DNA from: an uncultured Veillonellaceae bacterium
GTDB lineage: Bacteria; Bacillota; Negativicutes; JARBTT01
Length of the DNA: 64,000 bases
Assembly: GCA_963805085.1 (NCBI GenBank)
Contig: CAWDTA010000005.1
Location: 672,001-736,000, forward strand
Direction of reading: 5' to 3'
Shown: piece by piece, positions 20,128 to 29,446 of the stretch
How the letters are laid out: every line of letters begins with the position of its first letter
Numbering within the stretch: the stretch's first letter is position 1
The notes under the pieces: generated by a model
Seen by the model: the letters and a program-made list of their open reading frames with translations, nothing else
Databases searched by the model: none
Told to the model about the DNA's origin: nothing
Translations under genes and position numbers: made by a program

Positions 20128-20901
20128 ATGAATGATAGATTAAAAATAGGCAATCAAGAATTAACCAGTAGACTTTTCTTAGGTACGGGTAAATTTTCAT
20201 CAAATAAAATTATGCCAGCGGCAATCGCCGCAGCAAAAGCACAAGTGATCACCGTAGCGCTTCGTCGTGCTGATCAGGCGTATCCAGAAGAAAATATTTT
20301 AAATTTTATTCCGAAAGATTGTATTTTGATGCCAAATACGTCAGGAGCAAGAAATGGTGAAGAAGCAGTGCGGATTGCACGTATGTCGAGAGCAATGGGA
20401 TGCGGCGATTGGATCAAGATTGAAGTTATTTCTGACAATCGTTATCTATTACCAGATAACCAAGAAACCATCAAAGCAACACAAATATTAGCAGCCGAAG
20501 GGTTTGTCGTGTTGCCGTATATGAGTCCTGATTTAATGAGTGCAAAACGTCTAGTAGAGGCTGGGGCGGCAGCAGTAATGCCACTTGGTGCGCCAATTGG
20601 TAGTAACCGGGGATTGCAAACCAAAGAAATCATTCGCATCTTAATTGAAGAAATTGAATTGCCGATCATTGTTGATGCAGGGATTGGTAAACCCTCAGAA
20701 GCTGTAGAGGCAATGGAAATGGGTGCAGCAGCCGTATTGGTGAATACTGCAGTGGCAACGGCAAATGATCCTGTAGCTATGGCAGGCGCTTTTGATTTGG
20801 CGGTAAGAGCTGGTCGACAAGCCTATTTGGCAGGGCTCGGTAGGGTTATTCAAAGTAATGCGAGCGCGTCTTCCCCATTGACGGGATTCTTGCATGAGTA
20901 G
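20128..20901 (+). CDS. thiG: Thiazole synthase
   Basis: [38 protein letters not shown]. Confidence 0.97.
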   Translation: MNDRLKIGNQELTSRLFLGTGKFSSNKIMPAAIAAAKAQVITVALRRADQAYPEENILNFIPKDCILMPNTSGARNGEEAVRIARMSRAMGCGDWIKIEVISDNRYLLPDNQETIKATQILAAEGFVVLPYMSPDLMSAKRLVEAGAAAVMPLGAPIGSNRGLQTKEIIRILIEEIELPIIVDAGIGKPSEAVEAMEMGAAAVLVNTAVATANDPVAMAGAFDLAVRAGRQAYLAGLGRVIQSNASASSPLTGFLHE

Positions 20902-20913
20902 GGGGCGTACACA

Positions 20914-22017
20914 TTGAAATTTATCGATGAATTAGAAAAATATAGCAAGTTAGATTATGAAGCTTATTTTCGTAAAATTACCGATGATGATATTATTAAC
21001 GTTTTAAATAAAACTTCTATAAATCGTTTGGATTATTTGACGTTGTTATCACCACTGGCTGAAAATCATTTAGAAGCTATAGCTAAAAGAGCCAATCGAG
21101 ACACTATACGGAATTTTGGCCGCGTAATGCAGCTTTTTACCCCTATGTATATTGCCAATTATTGCATCAATCAATGTGTATATTGCGGGTTTAATCACGA
21201 AAATAAATTGAAACGGGTTAAGCTAAGCATGGAGGAAATCAAGGCAGAAGGCAAATTGATTGCTGAAACTGGACTAAAGCATGTGCTTATTTTAACTGGT
21301 GAATCACAGGAGCATAGTTCGCCTGACTATATTTTACAAGCTGTAGAAAATTTAAAAAGTTTTTTTACGAGCATTAGTATCGAAATTTATTCTTTGGAAG
21401 AAGCGGAATATAAGCATGCTGTAGAAGCTGGTGTCGATGGCATGACGATGTTCCAAGAAGTGTATGATGCGGATATTTATAAGGAGCTTCATTTAGCTGG
21501 ACCAAAAAGTAATTATGCGTTTCGTTTAGATGCGCCAGAGCGCGCTTGTCGAGCCGGTATGCGTACAGTGAATATTGGTGCACTTTTAGGCTTAAATGAC
21601 TGGCGGAAAGAAGCGTTTTTGACAGGTGTCCATGCTGACTATTTACAACGTAAATATAACGATGTTGAAATTGCAGTATCTACGCCAAGAATGCGTCCCT
21701 CTGTAGGTGGTTTTCCACCGCGCGTATTGGTCAAAGATATCAATATTGTGCAATATATCACGGCATATCGAATTTTCATGCCACGAAGTGGGATTACACT
21801 GTCTTCTAGGGAAAGTGCCAAACTGAGAAATCATTTAGCACATTTGGGTGTTACTAAAATGTCAGCGGGTGTAACAACGGCTGTCGGTGGACATAGTAAA
21901 GGGGGGGAAGTCAGCCAGTTTGACATATCTGATAGTCGTTCTGTTCGTGAGATGTCAGCTATGTTATATGGTGAAGGCTATCAGCCAATCTATAAAGATT
22001 GGCAGGCACTGGTATGA
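20914..22017 (+). CDS. thiH: 2-iminoacetate synthase (radical SAM)
   Basis: [12 protein letters not shown]3CX2C motif, [14 protein letters not shown]. Confidence 0.95.
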   Translation: MKFIDELEKYSKLDYEAYFRKITDDDIINVLNKTSINRLDYLTLLSPLAENHLEAIAKRANRDTIRNFGRVMQLFTPMYIANYCINQCVYCGFNHENKLKRVKLSMEEIKAEGKLIAETGLKHVLILTGESQEHSSPDYILQAVENLKSFFTSISIEIYSLEEAEYKHAVEAGVDGMTMFQEVYDADIYKELHLAGPKSNYAFRLDAPERACRAGMRTVNIGALLGLNDWRKEAFLTGVHADYLQRKYNDVEIAVSTPRMRPSVGGFPPRVLVKDINIVQYITAYRIFMPRSGITLSSRESAKLRNHLAHLGVTKMSAGVTTAVGGHSKGGEVSQFDISDSRSVREMSAMLYGEGYQPIYKDWQALV

Positions 22018-22619
22018 TGAATGCTTTTGAAGTTGGTTTAACACGGTATCTAAAGAATGAACAATTAGAAAAAATCCAGCATATCCATGTTGGCATTGCT
22101 GGGGCTGGTGGACTTGGCTCAAATTCTGCAATCATGCTAGTTAGAACGGGATTTAAAAAAATAACAGTGGTTGATTTTGATGAAGTTGACTCGAGTAATT
22201 TAAATCGGCAAAATTATTTTATGGATCAGGTAGGTGAAAGTAAAGTTTCTGCCTTAGCGAACACTTTGCGGAAGATAAATCCCGCAATTGAATTACAGAT
22301 TGTAAATGCTAAAATTACAAAAGACAATATTGCAGAAATCTTTTTCTCTTGTGATATAATAATAGAAGCGTTAGATACGCCAGCAGGTAAAACCTTAATT
22401 GTAGAAGAACTTGCTGGCAATAAACAACTGGTGGTTGCAGTCTCCGGGCTAGCTGGCTTTGGGAATAGTGATCGGATTAAAACGCATAAAATTAATGAGC
22501 ACTTTTATATTGTTGGCGATTTGGTAAGTGGAATTGATGCGTTGCCGCCACTTGCGCCTGGTGTGACAATAGCAGCAGCCAAACAAGTTGATCTTGTAGT
22601 AGAGTATGTATTGAAGTAA
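22014..22619 (+). CDS. thiF: ThiS adenylyltransferase
   Basis: [20 protein letters not shown]. Confidence 0.93.
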   Translation: MMNAFEVGLTRYLKNEQLEKIQHIHVGIAGAGGLGSNSAIMLVRTGFKKITVVDFDEVDSSNLNRQNYFMDQVGESKVSALANTLRKINPAIELQIVNAKITKDNIAEIFFSCDIIIEALDTPAGKTLIVEELAGNKQLVVAVSGLAGFGNSDRIKTHKINEHFYIVGDLVSGIDALPPLAPGVTIAAAKQVDLVVEYVLK

Positions 22620-22631
22620 AGGGTGAAGCGT

Positions 22632-23279
22632 ATGCGTAAACAAGCGATGGATAATTTTTTTACAACCAGTATTTATGCATTAACAGCAGAGGATTTATCA
22701 AAAGGTCGTAATAATATAGAAGTTGTCGATGAACTTATCAAAGCGGGAATTACCTTTTTGCAATATCGTGAAAAAGATAAAAAAGCCAAAGAAATGTATG
22801 AAGAATGCTTGGCTATTCGTGCAAAAACACGTGCGGCTGGGGTAACATTTATTGTGAACGACCATATTGATTTAGCAATCGCAGTGAAAGCAGATGGGGT
22901 TCACGTTGGCCAGGAGGATTTGCCTCCGCAAGTAGTACGTAAACTGATTGGTAATGATATGCTACTTGGTCTTTCTACACACAGTCCAGAACAAGTACGT
23001 TTAGCAGAGCTTTGTAGTGTAGTCGATTATATTGGCGTTGGGCCGGTGTTTGCAACCAAGACGAAAAAGGATGTATGCGATGCGGTCGGACTAGAGTTTG
23101 TTCGCTATGTTGCGACAAATAGCAATTTGCCATTTGTTGCAATTGGAGGAATTAAAGAACATAATATTGCTGAAGTTGCAAACGCTGGGGCGAAGACAAT
23201 TGCTGTTGTCTCTGATGTTGTTGGTGCAGATGATATAAAGGCAAAAGTTTATAGTTTGTGTAAGCATATGGAAGAATGA
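22632..23279 (+). CDS. thiE: Thiamine-phosphate synthase
   Basis: QYREK, VNDHID, GVHVGQED, STHS, GPVFATKTK, AIGGI. Confidence 0.96.
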   Translation: MRKQAMDNFFTTSIYALTAEDLSKGRNNIEVVDELIKAGITFLQYREKDKKAKEMYEECLAIRAKTRAAGVTFIVNDHIDLAIAVKADGVHVGQEDLPPQVVRKLIGNDMLLGLSTHSPEQVRLAELCSVVDYIGVGPVFATKTKKDVCDAVGLEFVRYVATNSNLPFVAIGGIKEHNIAEVANAGAKTIAVVSDVVGADDIKAKVYSLCKHMEE

Positions 23280-23362
23280 GCTGGATAAAAGTGTTAGCTG
23301 TAATTACTTGACATAAGCTAATTGCAATGGTAGTATTATATCTTGTTTGAAGTTAATATTAC

Positions 23363-23718
23363 TGTGAGTATGAAAGATGATCGCGAGTGCCTTTGGGGCA
23401 TTTGAGGAAAGTCCGGGCTCCGTAGGGCAGGGTGCTGGATAACGTCCAGCGAGGGTGACCTCAGGGAAAGTGCTATAGAAATTTAAACCGCCTAACTTTG
23501 TTAGGTAAGGATGGAAAGGTGCGGTAAGAGCGCACCAGCAATTAGGTGACTAATTGGCTCGGTAAACCCCACTTGGAGCAAGACCGAATAGGGAAGGGAT
23601 GATGCTGCCCGCTGAACCTTCCGGGTTGTGTCGCTTGAATCGTTAGGTAACTAATGTATCTAGATAAATGATCATCACCGCGTGAGCGGAACAAAACTCG
23701 GCTTATTGATTACTCACA
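23363..23718 (+). ncRNA. rnpB: RNase P RNA, type A
   Basis: GAGGAAAGTCCGGGCTC, GGTAAACCCC, GGAGCAAG, AACAAAACTCGGCTTA; P1 TGTGAGTA/TACTCACA; promoter TTGACA at 23308; terminator 23747-23780. Confidence 0.96.
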
Positions 23719-24012
23719 TTTTACAATGTAATAAATGCTAACATATGGAGAAGCGGTTGATTTTTATCAACCGCTTCTCTTCGATTATATCATAATAAAT
23801 GTATACTATTTTCTTGACAAGCTTTGTAAAAAGTTGCTACAATAATAGGGAACTAAAAAAGAGAAATAATTTATAAATTTTCATTGTATTTTATATTGAA
23901 AAGCGAGTTTTTAAGTCGACAAAGATGTCAACTTCTAAAAGGGAGATTGATGTCTTTTTGCTGTCTTTCTTGGAAATAAAATGCAAAATGAATAAGGAGA
24001 GGCTGTTGACAA

Positions 24013-24858
24013 ATGCAAAAAATGAAAAAAATAATTACTTTGGTGCTTTGCTTTGCTATGTTTACGAGTTTAGTTGTACTTACAGGGTGTTCCTCTGACA
24101 AAAAGGAAGCAAGTAAGAAAGTCCTTCGTGTTGGTATGGAATGTGGGTATGCTCCATTTAACTGGACGCAAACAACAGATGAAAATGGCGCGGTAAAAAT
24201 TGCTGGTACTTCTGAATATGCTTATGGCTATGATGTTATTATGGCAAAAAAACTTGCAGAATCTATGGGCTATGATCTTGAAATTCATAAAATTGAGTGG
24301 GATGGCCTGGCTCCAGCTGTTAGTGCTGGTAAAGTAGATGCAGTAATTGCTGGGATGAGTATTACTAGTAAACGTAAAGAAAGTGTTGACTTCTCTTCCG
24401 TTTATTATAATGCTTCTATCGTTGCACTTACACAAAAAGATAGTCCTTTTGCTCAAGCAAAAAATGTAGCTGATTTACAAGGCGCAGTGGCAACTTCTCA
24501 GCTTAATACAATTTGGTATGATTTAATCAAACAAATTCCAGATGCAAAAATTCAACCTGCAATTGATAATGTACCTGGTATGATTGTTGCTTTAGCTTCT
24601 GGGAAAGTTCAAGTTCTAGTTTTAGATAAACCAACTGCGATGGCAGCAGCTTTTTCTAATCCAAATTTAGTGATGTTAGATTTCAAAGATGATAAAGGTT
24701 TTGAAGCATCTCAAGAAGATGTTGAAATGGGGATTGCTGTGAAAAAAGGTAACAGCGACTTGTTGAAACAATTGAATGAAAAACTTGGTAGCATCAGTGA
24801 AAGTGACCGCAATAAAATGATGGAAGAAGCAATTCAAAAGCAGCCTCTATCAAAATAA
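24013..24858 (+). CDS. Polar amino-acid ABC transporter substrate-binding lipoprotein
   Basis: Lipobox LTGC, RVGMECGYAPF, GYDV, IAGMSITSKRKESVDFS. Confidence 0.9.
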   Translation: MQKMKKIITLVLCFAMFTSLVVLTGCSSDKKEASKKVLRVGMECGYAPFNWTQTTDENGAVKIAGTSEYAYGYDVIMAKKLAESMGYDLEIHKIEWDGLAPAVSAGKVDAVIAGMSITSKRKESVDFSSVYYNASIVALTQKDSPFAQAKNVADLQGAVATSQLNTIWYDLIKQIPDAKIQPAIDNVPGMIVALASGKVQVLVLDKPTAMAAAFSNPNLVMLDFKDDKGFEASQEDVEMGIAVKKGNSDLLKQLNEKLGSISESDRNKMMEEAIQKQPLSK

Positions 24859-24939
24859 GTCAGGGGTAAAACTAATTTTTGGGACGGGATAACCGTCCCT
24901 TATTTTAAGTTAAAATATAATATCAAGGTGGAAAATGTT

Positions 24940-25740
24940 ATGACAACAAATATGCCGGTAACTTTTTTCGAGTGGGTTTATTTTTTATTAAACCAATATG
25001 GCGCTATGTTAGTAAAGGGCGCAATGGTCACTCTTCTACTTGCATTAGTAGGTACATTTATAGGTTGTATTATAGGTTTGTTGGTTGGGATTGTACAAAC
25101 AGTACCAGTCAATCCGAGAGCAAGTAGGGTAACAAGGTGTTTTTATAAGACAATACAATTTATTTTAGCTACTTATATAGAAATATTTCGTGGAACGCCA
25201 ATGATTGTACAAGCGATGGTTGTATATTATGGTTCTATGAGCATGTTTAATATCGATATGTCAGCTATGTTTGCTGGGTTCTTAGTCGTATCGATTAATA
25301 CTGGGGCCTACATGGCAGAAACAGTACGTGGTGGGATTTACTCGGTTGATTTTGGGCAGACCGAAGCAGCGAAGGCAATAGGGATGAATCATTTTCAAAC
25401 AATGTGTAATGTTGTTTTACCGCAAGCATTCCGTAATATCATGCCGCAAATTGGCAATAATTTAATTATCAATATTAAAGATACATCGGTATTGAATGTA
25501 ATATCGGTAACGGAATTATATTTTGCTTCAAAAACGGCGGCTGGAGTTTATTATAAATATTTTGAGGTATTCTTTATCACGTGTGTAATTTACTTTATTT
25601 TGACTTTTACTGTATCTAGATTATTACGTTGGATTGAAAGAAAGATGGATGGTTCAAATAACTACTCTTTAGTAGAATACGATCCTATGGCTGATCCTTG
25701 TGGCCCTTTTGATATAGCGAATAAGAAAGGCAGAAATTAA
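24940..25740 (+). CDS. Polar amino-acid ABC transporter permease
   Basis: YIEIFRGTPMIVQ, AYMAETVRGG, GQTEAA, KDTSV; start uncertain (24928 GTG or 24940 ATG). Confidence 0.92.
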   Translation: MTTNMPVTFFEWVYFLLNQYGAMLVKGAMVTLLLALVGTFIGCIIGLLVGIVQTVPVNPRASRVTRCFYKTIQFILATYIEIFRGTPMIVQAMVVYYGSMSMFNIDMSAMFAGFLVVSINTGAYMAETVRGGIYSVDFGQTEAAKAIGMNHFQTMCNVVLPQAFRNIMPQIGNNLIINIKDTSVLNVISVTELYFASKTAAGVYYKYFEVFFITCVIYFILTFTVSRLLRWIERKMDGSNNYSLVEYDPMADPCGPFDIANKKGRN

Positions 25741-25743
25741 TAT

Positions 25744-26508
25744 ATGGAAAAGAGAACACTACAAATAAATGAAAAACCTATTTTAGAGGTCAAGCATTTA
25801 GTGAAATATTTTGGTGAACGTGAAATCTTAAAAGATATTGACTTTAGCATTCATAAGGGGGATGTTGTTAGTATCATTGGTGCATCCGGTTCCGGTAAAT
25901 CGACGATGCTTCGTTGTATTAATATGCTAGAGGTGCCTACATCCGGGCAGATTATTTATATGGATAAGTCAATTACTGATACGGACAAGGCAATTACACT
26001 TTATAGAACAAAAGTTGGCATGGTATTTCAACAGTTTAATTTATTTAACAATATGACTGTTTTACAAAATTGCATGGTCGGGCCTGTAAAAGTTTTAAAG
26101 CAAGATAAAGAAGTAGCAAGAAAAAGTGCATTGAAATATTTAAATAAAGTTGGTATGGCACAATATATCAATGCGAAGCCAAGTCAATTGTCCGGTGGTC
26201 AAAAACAAAGAATTGCAATTGCTAGAGCACTAGTGATTGAACCAGAAGTTTTACTATTTGATGAGCCGACTTCAGCTTTAGATCCGCAAATGGTTGGTGA
26301 GGTACTTGCTGTTATGCGTGATCTTGCGAAAGAAGGACTAACAATGATTATTGTTACTCATGAAATGGCATTTGCGCGCGATGTATCGACGCGGGTTGTA
26401 TTTATGGCCGATGGCTTGATTGCTGAAGATGCAGCGCCAAACGAATTATTTAATCATCCAAAGAATCCTCGCACGAAAGAATTTTTAGCAAGATTTACAA
26501 ATAATTAA
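25744..26508 (+). CDS. Polar amino-acid ABC transporter ATP-binding protein
   Basis: [30 protein letters not shown]. Confidence 0.95.
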   Translation: MEKRTLQINEKPILEVKHLVKYFGEREILKDIDFSIHKGDVVSIIGASGSGKSTMLRCINMLEVPTSGQIIYMDKSITDTDKAITLYRTKVGMVFQQFNLFNNMTVLQNCMVGPVKVLKQDKEVARKSALKYLNKVGMAQYINAKPSQLSGGQKQRIAIARALVIEPEVLLFDEPTSALDPQMVGEVLAVMRDLAKEGLTMIIVTHEMAFARDVSTRVVFMADGLIAEDAAPNELFNHPKNPRTKEFLARFTNN

Positions 26509-26553
26509 AATAAGTGCTTAAAGTGTGAACCTGCATTTTGAGCACTTATTTTT
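26507..26553 (+). terminator. Terminator after the ABC operon
   Basis: AAAATAAGTGCTTAAA / TTTGAGCACTTATTTT. Confidence 0.75.
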
Positions 26554-26648
26554 AGGAAAAGCTATCATAAGATTGCTGATATTTTTCAGAATTATTTGTT
26601 ACAATATACAAGAATTGTTTTATTGTAATGAAGTTTCAGGAGGTTAAA

Positions 26649-27608
26649 ATGAAATTAATATCAATTGTTGTGCCAGTATTCAATGAAGAAGATAATATTG
26701 AACATTTTTATACAGAAATTTGCAAGGTTATGGGGTCTTTACCTTATGATTTTGAATTAATGTTTATTGATGATGGATCTAAGGATGCAAGTATCTTTAT
26801 ACTTGACCGTTTAGCACAGAAAGACAATCGAGTAAAACCGCTTTATTTAGCGCGTAATTTTGGGCATCAAATTGCATTGACTTGTGGGCTTGATCATGCA
26901 AATGGCGACGCTGTTATTACGATGGATGGTGACATGCAGCATCCACCATCCTTTTTACCAATTTTAATTGAAAAATGGGAACAGGGATATGAGGTTGTTC
27001 AAACTATACGTAAAACGACAGAAGGAGTTTCTTGGATTAAGAATGCTACGTCAGACTTGTTCTATAAATTAATGAATTCATTGTCTAAGGTGAAAATTCA
27101 ACCAGGTGGATCGGATTTTCGGTTAATGGATCAATGTGTTGTAGAAAGTTTTCGCCGTTATAAAGAACGGGCTAGATTTATTCGTGGTATGATTGGAGCC
27201 ATTGGTTATAAACAAGTTCAAATTGAATTTGTCGCCCCGAAACGATTTGCTGGTAATTCAAAATTTTCTATCAATAAAATGTTACATTTTGCATTGGATG
27301 GGATTACTTCTTATTCTACAAAACCACTTAGGTTTGCTTTTTATATGGGAGTGATTTTTGGTGTAATTAGCCTTGGTGTTACTTCTCACGTTATTTATAT
27401 CAAGTGGTTTACCGAAGATGCGGTACCTGGTTGGGCAACGATATCAGCTAGTATTTTATTTTTGGGAGGATTACAGCTGATTGGAATTGGTATCATTGGT
27501 GAGTATGTAGGCCGTATTTTTGAAGAGGTGAAACAAAGACCACTTTATTTTGTCCGGCATGAACCGAATATTTTAGATAAAAAATCAATGATTGATAATA
27601 AAAATTAA
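26649..27608 (+). CDS. GT2 polyprenol-phosphate glycosyltransferase (GtrB/YkcC-like)
   Basis: VVPVFNEE, DDGSKD, RNFGHQ, DGDMQHPP, two C-terminal TM helices, GEYVGRIF. Confidence 0.9.
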   Translation: MKLISIVVPVFNEEDNIEHFYTEICKVMGSLPYDFELMFIDDGSKDASIFILDRLAQKDNRVKPLYLARNFGHQIALTCGLDHANGDAVITMDGDMQHPPSFLPILIEKWEQGYEVVQTIRKTTEGVSWIKNATSDLFYKLMNSLSKVKIQPGGSDFRLMDQCVVESFRRYKERARFIRGMIGAIGYKQVQIEFVAPKRFAGNSKFSINKMLHFALDGITSYSTKPLRFAFYMGVIFGVISLGVTSHVIYIKWFTEDAVPGWATISASILFLGGLQLIGIGIIGEYVGRIFEEVKQRPLYFVRHEPNILDKKSMIDNKN

Positions 27609-27637
27609 TAAAAAGATTAATAATAGTGCCTGTTGGC

Positions 27638-27662
27638 AGGAAAATATAAAGTTTTGTCGAAC
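27638..27662 (+). promoter_or_regulatory. SigH-type promoter upstream of the c-di-AMP riboswitch
   Basis: gcAGGA-17bp-GAAC; a TATAAT also lies at 27668-27673. Confidence 0.5.
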
Positions 27663-27682
27663 GTAAGTATAATATTGAGTAT

Positions 27683-27840
27683 AAATAAGCCGAATCTAAC
27701 TCAAGAGCGGGGGAACCATTGTTTTGGGGTGAATTTTGTATTGATTTGTATGTTAGTTGTATGTTAGCATGCAAGGTAATATATAATGGGTGACTCTACT
27801 ACCCAAACCCGTCAGCTAACCTCGTAGGCAAAACGAGAGA
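27683..27840 (+). promoter_or_regulatory. Cyclic di-AMP (ydaO/yuaA) riboswitch
   Basis: GCCGAATC...AGCGGGGGAACC...TGGGGTGAAT...CCCGTCAGCTAACCTCGTAGGC consensus; upstream of a cell-wall hydrolase. Confidence 0.93.
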
Positions 27841-27851
27841 GGAGTGACCTT

Positions 27852-28508
27852 TTGATTAAGGCATTACGTGTATTAGCACTATCCTTATTAATGGTAAGTT
27901 GGTTTTCCGTTGCAAATGCATCTGCAATTAGAATGGGGGACCAAGGTGACGAGGTAACACAACTCCAAAGTGCCTTAGCTAGTTTAGGTTATAGTGTCGC
28001 TATTGATGGGGATTTTGGTTCAGCGACAGCAAGAGCGGTGAAAGCATTCCAAGAATCTAGAGGGTTAGAAGCAGATGGACTTGTCGGCGCTGCAACATAT
28101 CGAGCGTTAATGGGACGTGAACTTCCTGAAGTAAGTCGTGGTGGTTCTTATGTTGCAAGACGAATTGTACAAACATCATTCCAATACATCGGTGTTCCGT
28201 ATGTATTTGGTGGTACAACTCCAAGTGGTTTTGATTGTTCTGGATTTGTACGTTATGTATATGCCAATGCAGGGATTTCGTTACCTAGAGCTGCGGATGA
28301 GCAATTTGAAAGCGGCTATGCGGTATCTAATTTACAACCTGGTGATTTGGTATTCTTTTCTACATATACTTATGGAGCTTCTCACTCCGGAATTTATCTA
28401 GGCAACGGTAAATTTATTAGCGCTACTTCGAGTAGTGGCGTAAGAATTGATAACCTTTATGATGGGTATTGGGGTTCATGTTATATTGGAGCTCGCAGAG
28501 TTATTTAG
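27852..28508 (+). CDS. NlpC/P60 (C40) peptidoglycan endopeptidase with peptidoglycan-binding domain
   Basis: Signal peptide; DGDFGSAT...FQESRGLEADGLVG PG-binding motif; GVPYVFGG, FDCSG, PGDLVFF, HSGIY. Confidence 0.93.
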   Translation: MIKALRVLALSLLMVSWFSVANASAIRMGDQGDEVTQLQSALASLGYSVAIDGDFGSATARAVKAFQESRGLEADGLVGAATYRALMGRELPEVSRGGSYVARRIVQTSFQYIGVPYVFGGTTPSGFDCSGFVRYVYANAGISLPRAADEQFESGYAVSNLQPGDLVFFSTYTYGASHSGIYLGNGKFISATSSSGVRIDNLYDGYWGSCYIGARRVI

Positions 28509-28519
28509 TTCGTTTGATT

Positions 28520-28734
28520 GAGGAGACTTTGTCTCCTCTATTTTTATGCACTTTGTGAATAAGCCAACGATGAATTAATAAATTCTTTAATATTGATCAT
28601 AATGCATAGATTTATCTTATTTAGCTCTGAGTAAGATAAATCTATGCATTATTTTTGCTTTTATTCTTAAAATATGGGTAAAAATAAAGCTGGCGATTGC
28701 AAATAATTTATTTGCAATCGCCGGCTTTATTTTT
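28520..28734. terminator. Three successive terminator-like hairpins (28520-28538, 28599-28652, 28680-28734)
   Basis: Inverted-repeat arms of 8, 21 and about 26 bp, each followed by a T-run on +. Confidence 0.7.
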
Positions 28735-28822
28735 AATCAGCGAAGATGTCATCCCAAGCAGAATAGACAATCATCGAAACAATGGAGAAAAATATAATAA
28801 CGTCTCCTAGATAATTTTCCAT
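28733..28822 (-). CDS. Putative 29-aa single-TM peptide (not in the ORF track)
   Basis: MENYLGDVIIFFSIVSMIVYSAWDDIFAD; RBS AAAGGA about 9 nt upstream; stop abuts a long hairpin. Confidence 0.5.
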   Translation of the reverse strand: MENYLGDVIIFFSIVSMIVYSAWDDIFAD

Positions 28823-28868
28823 AGTGTGTGTTCCTTTCGACAGAAAATAAATTTCCAATCATTTCTTA

Positions 28869-28897
28869 GCACAATGTTTCTTTGCTAACCATATGAT
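28869..28897 (+). promoter_or_regulatory. SigK/SigE-type promoter of sigK
   Basis: GCACA-16bp-CATATGAT fits the SigK consensus (AC-16/17-CATAnnnT). Confidence 0.6.
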
Positions 28898-28925
28898 AAA
28901 GCACAGACTGAGCGGAGGTGTTACT

Positions 28926-29350
28926 GTGTCCATTTTATTAGCATTGCTGGGTGCAATGGGAAAAAGTATCATGTTATTTGTTGCCTATATTACACAAAAT
29001 ACATTTCCCTTGCCGTTATCAGAAAAAGAGGAACAAGTTTATCTAACTAAACTTGCCGAAGGCGATGAATCGGCAAAAAGTGTACTTATTGAGCGAAATT
29101 TACGATTGGTCGCACATATCGTTAAAAAGTTTGATAACACTGGCGAAGACATAGACGATCTTATATCAATTGGGACGATTGGATTAATCAAAGCAATCAA
29201 TACCTTTGATACCAATAAAAAAATACGTCTTGCTACCTATGCAGCAAGATGTATTGAAAATGAAATTTTGATGCACCTGCGTAGTACCAGACGTGTGCGC
29301 TCGGAAGTGAGTCTATATGATCCAATTGGCATTGATAAAGAAGGTAATGA
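28926..29350 (+). CDS. sigK: Pro-sigmaK, 5' segment (interrupted gene)
   Basis: GTG after GGAGGT; 20-aa pro-sequence then [12 protein letters not shown]; [52 protein letters not shown]; homology stops at the att core. Confidence 0.95.
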
Positions 29351-29365
29351 ATTTACATTTATTGT
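29345..29365. repeat. attL of the skin element (core plus inner arm)
   Basis: TAATGA-ATTTACATTTATTGT; the arm is a 12/15 inverted match to the attR inner arm. Confidence 0.85.
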
Positions 29366-29428
29366 AATTTACTGTATTGTGTATAAACAAAATCAATATC
29401 TTATTATAACTTAATATAGAAAAAAATG

Positions 29429-29446
29429 AAAGGCAGTCCTGCCTTT
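29429..29446 (-). terminator. Hairpin at the recombinase stop, between convergent ORFs
   Basis: AAAGGCAG-TC-CTGCCTTT. Confidence 0.55.

Noticed and set aside
27746-27767. Tandem 11-bp repeat TTGTATGTTAG x2
   Set aside because: Only two units with no spacers, so not CRISPR; it forms part of a G-U-rich variable stem inside the c-di-AMP riboswitch
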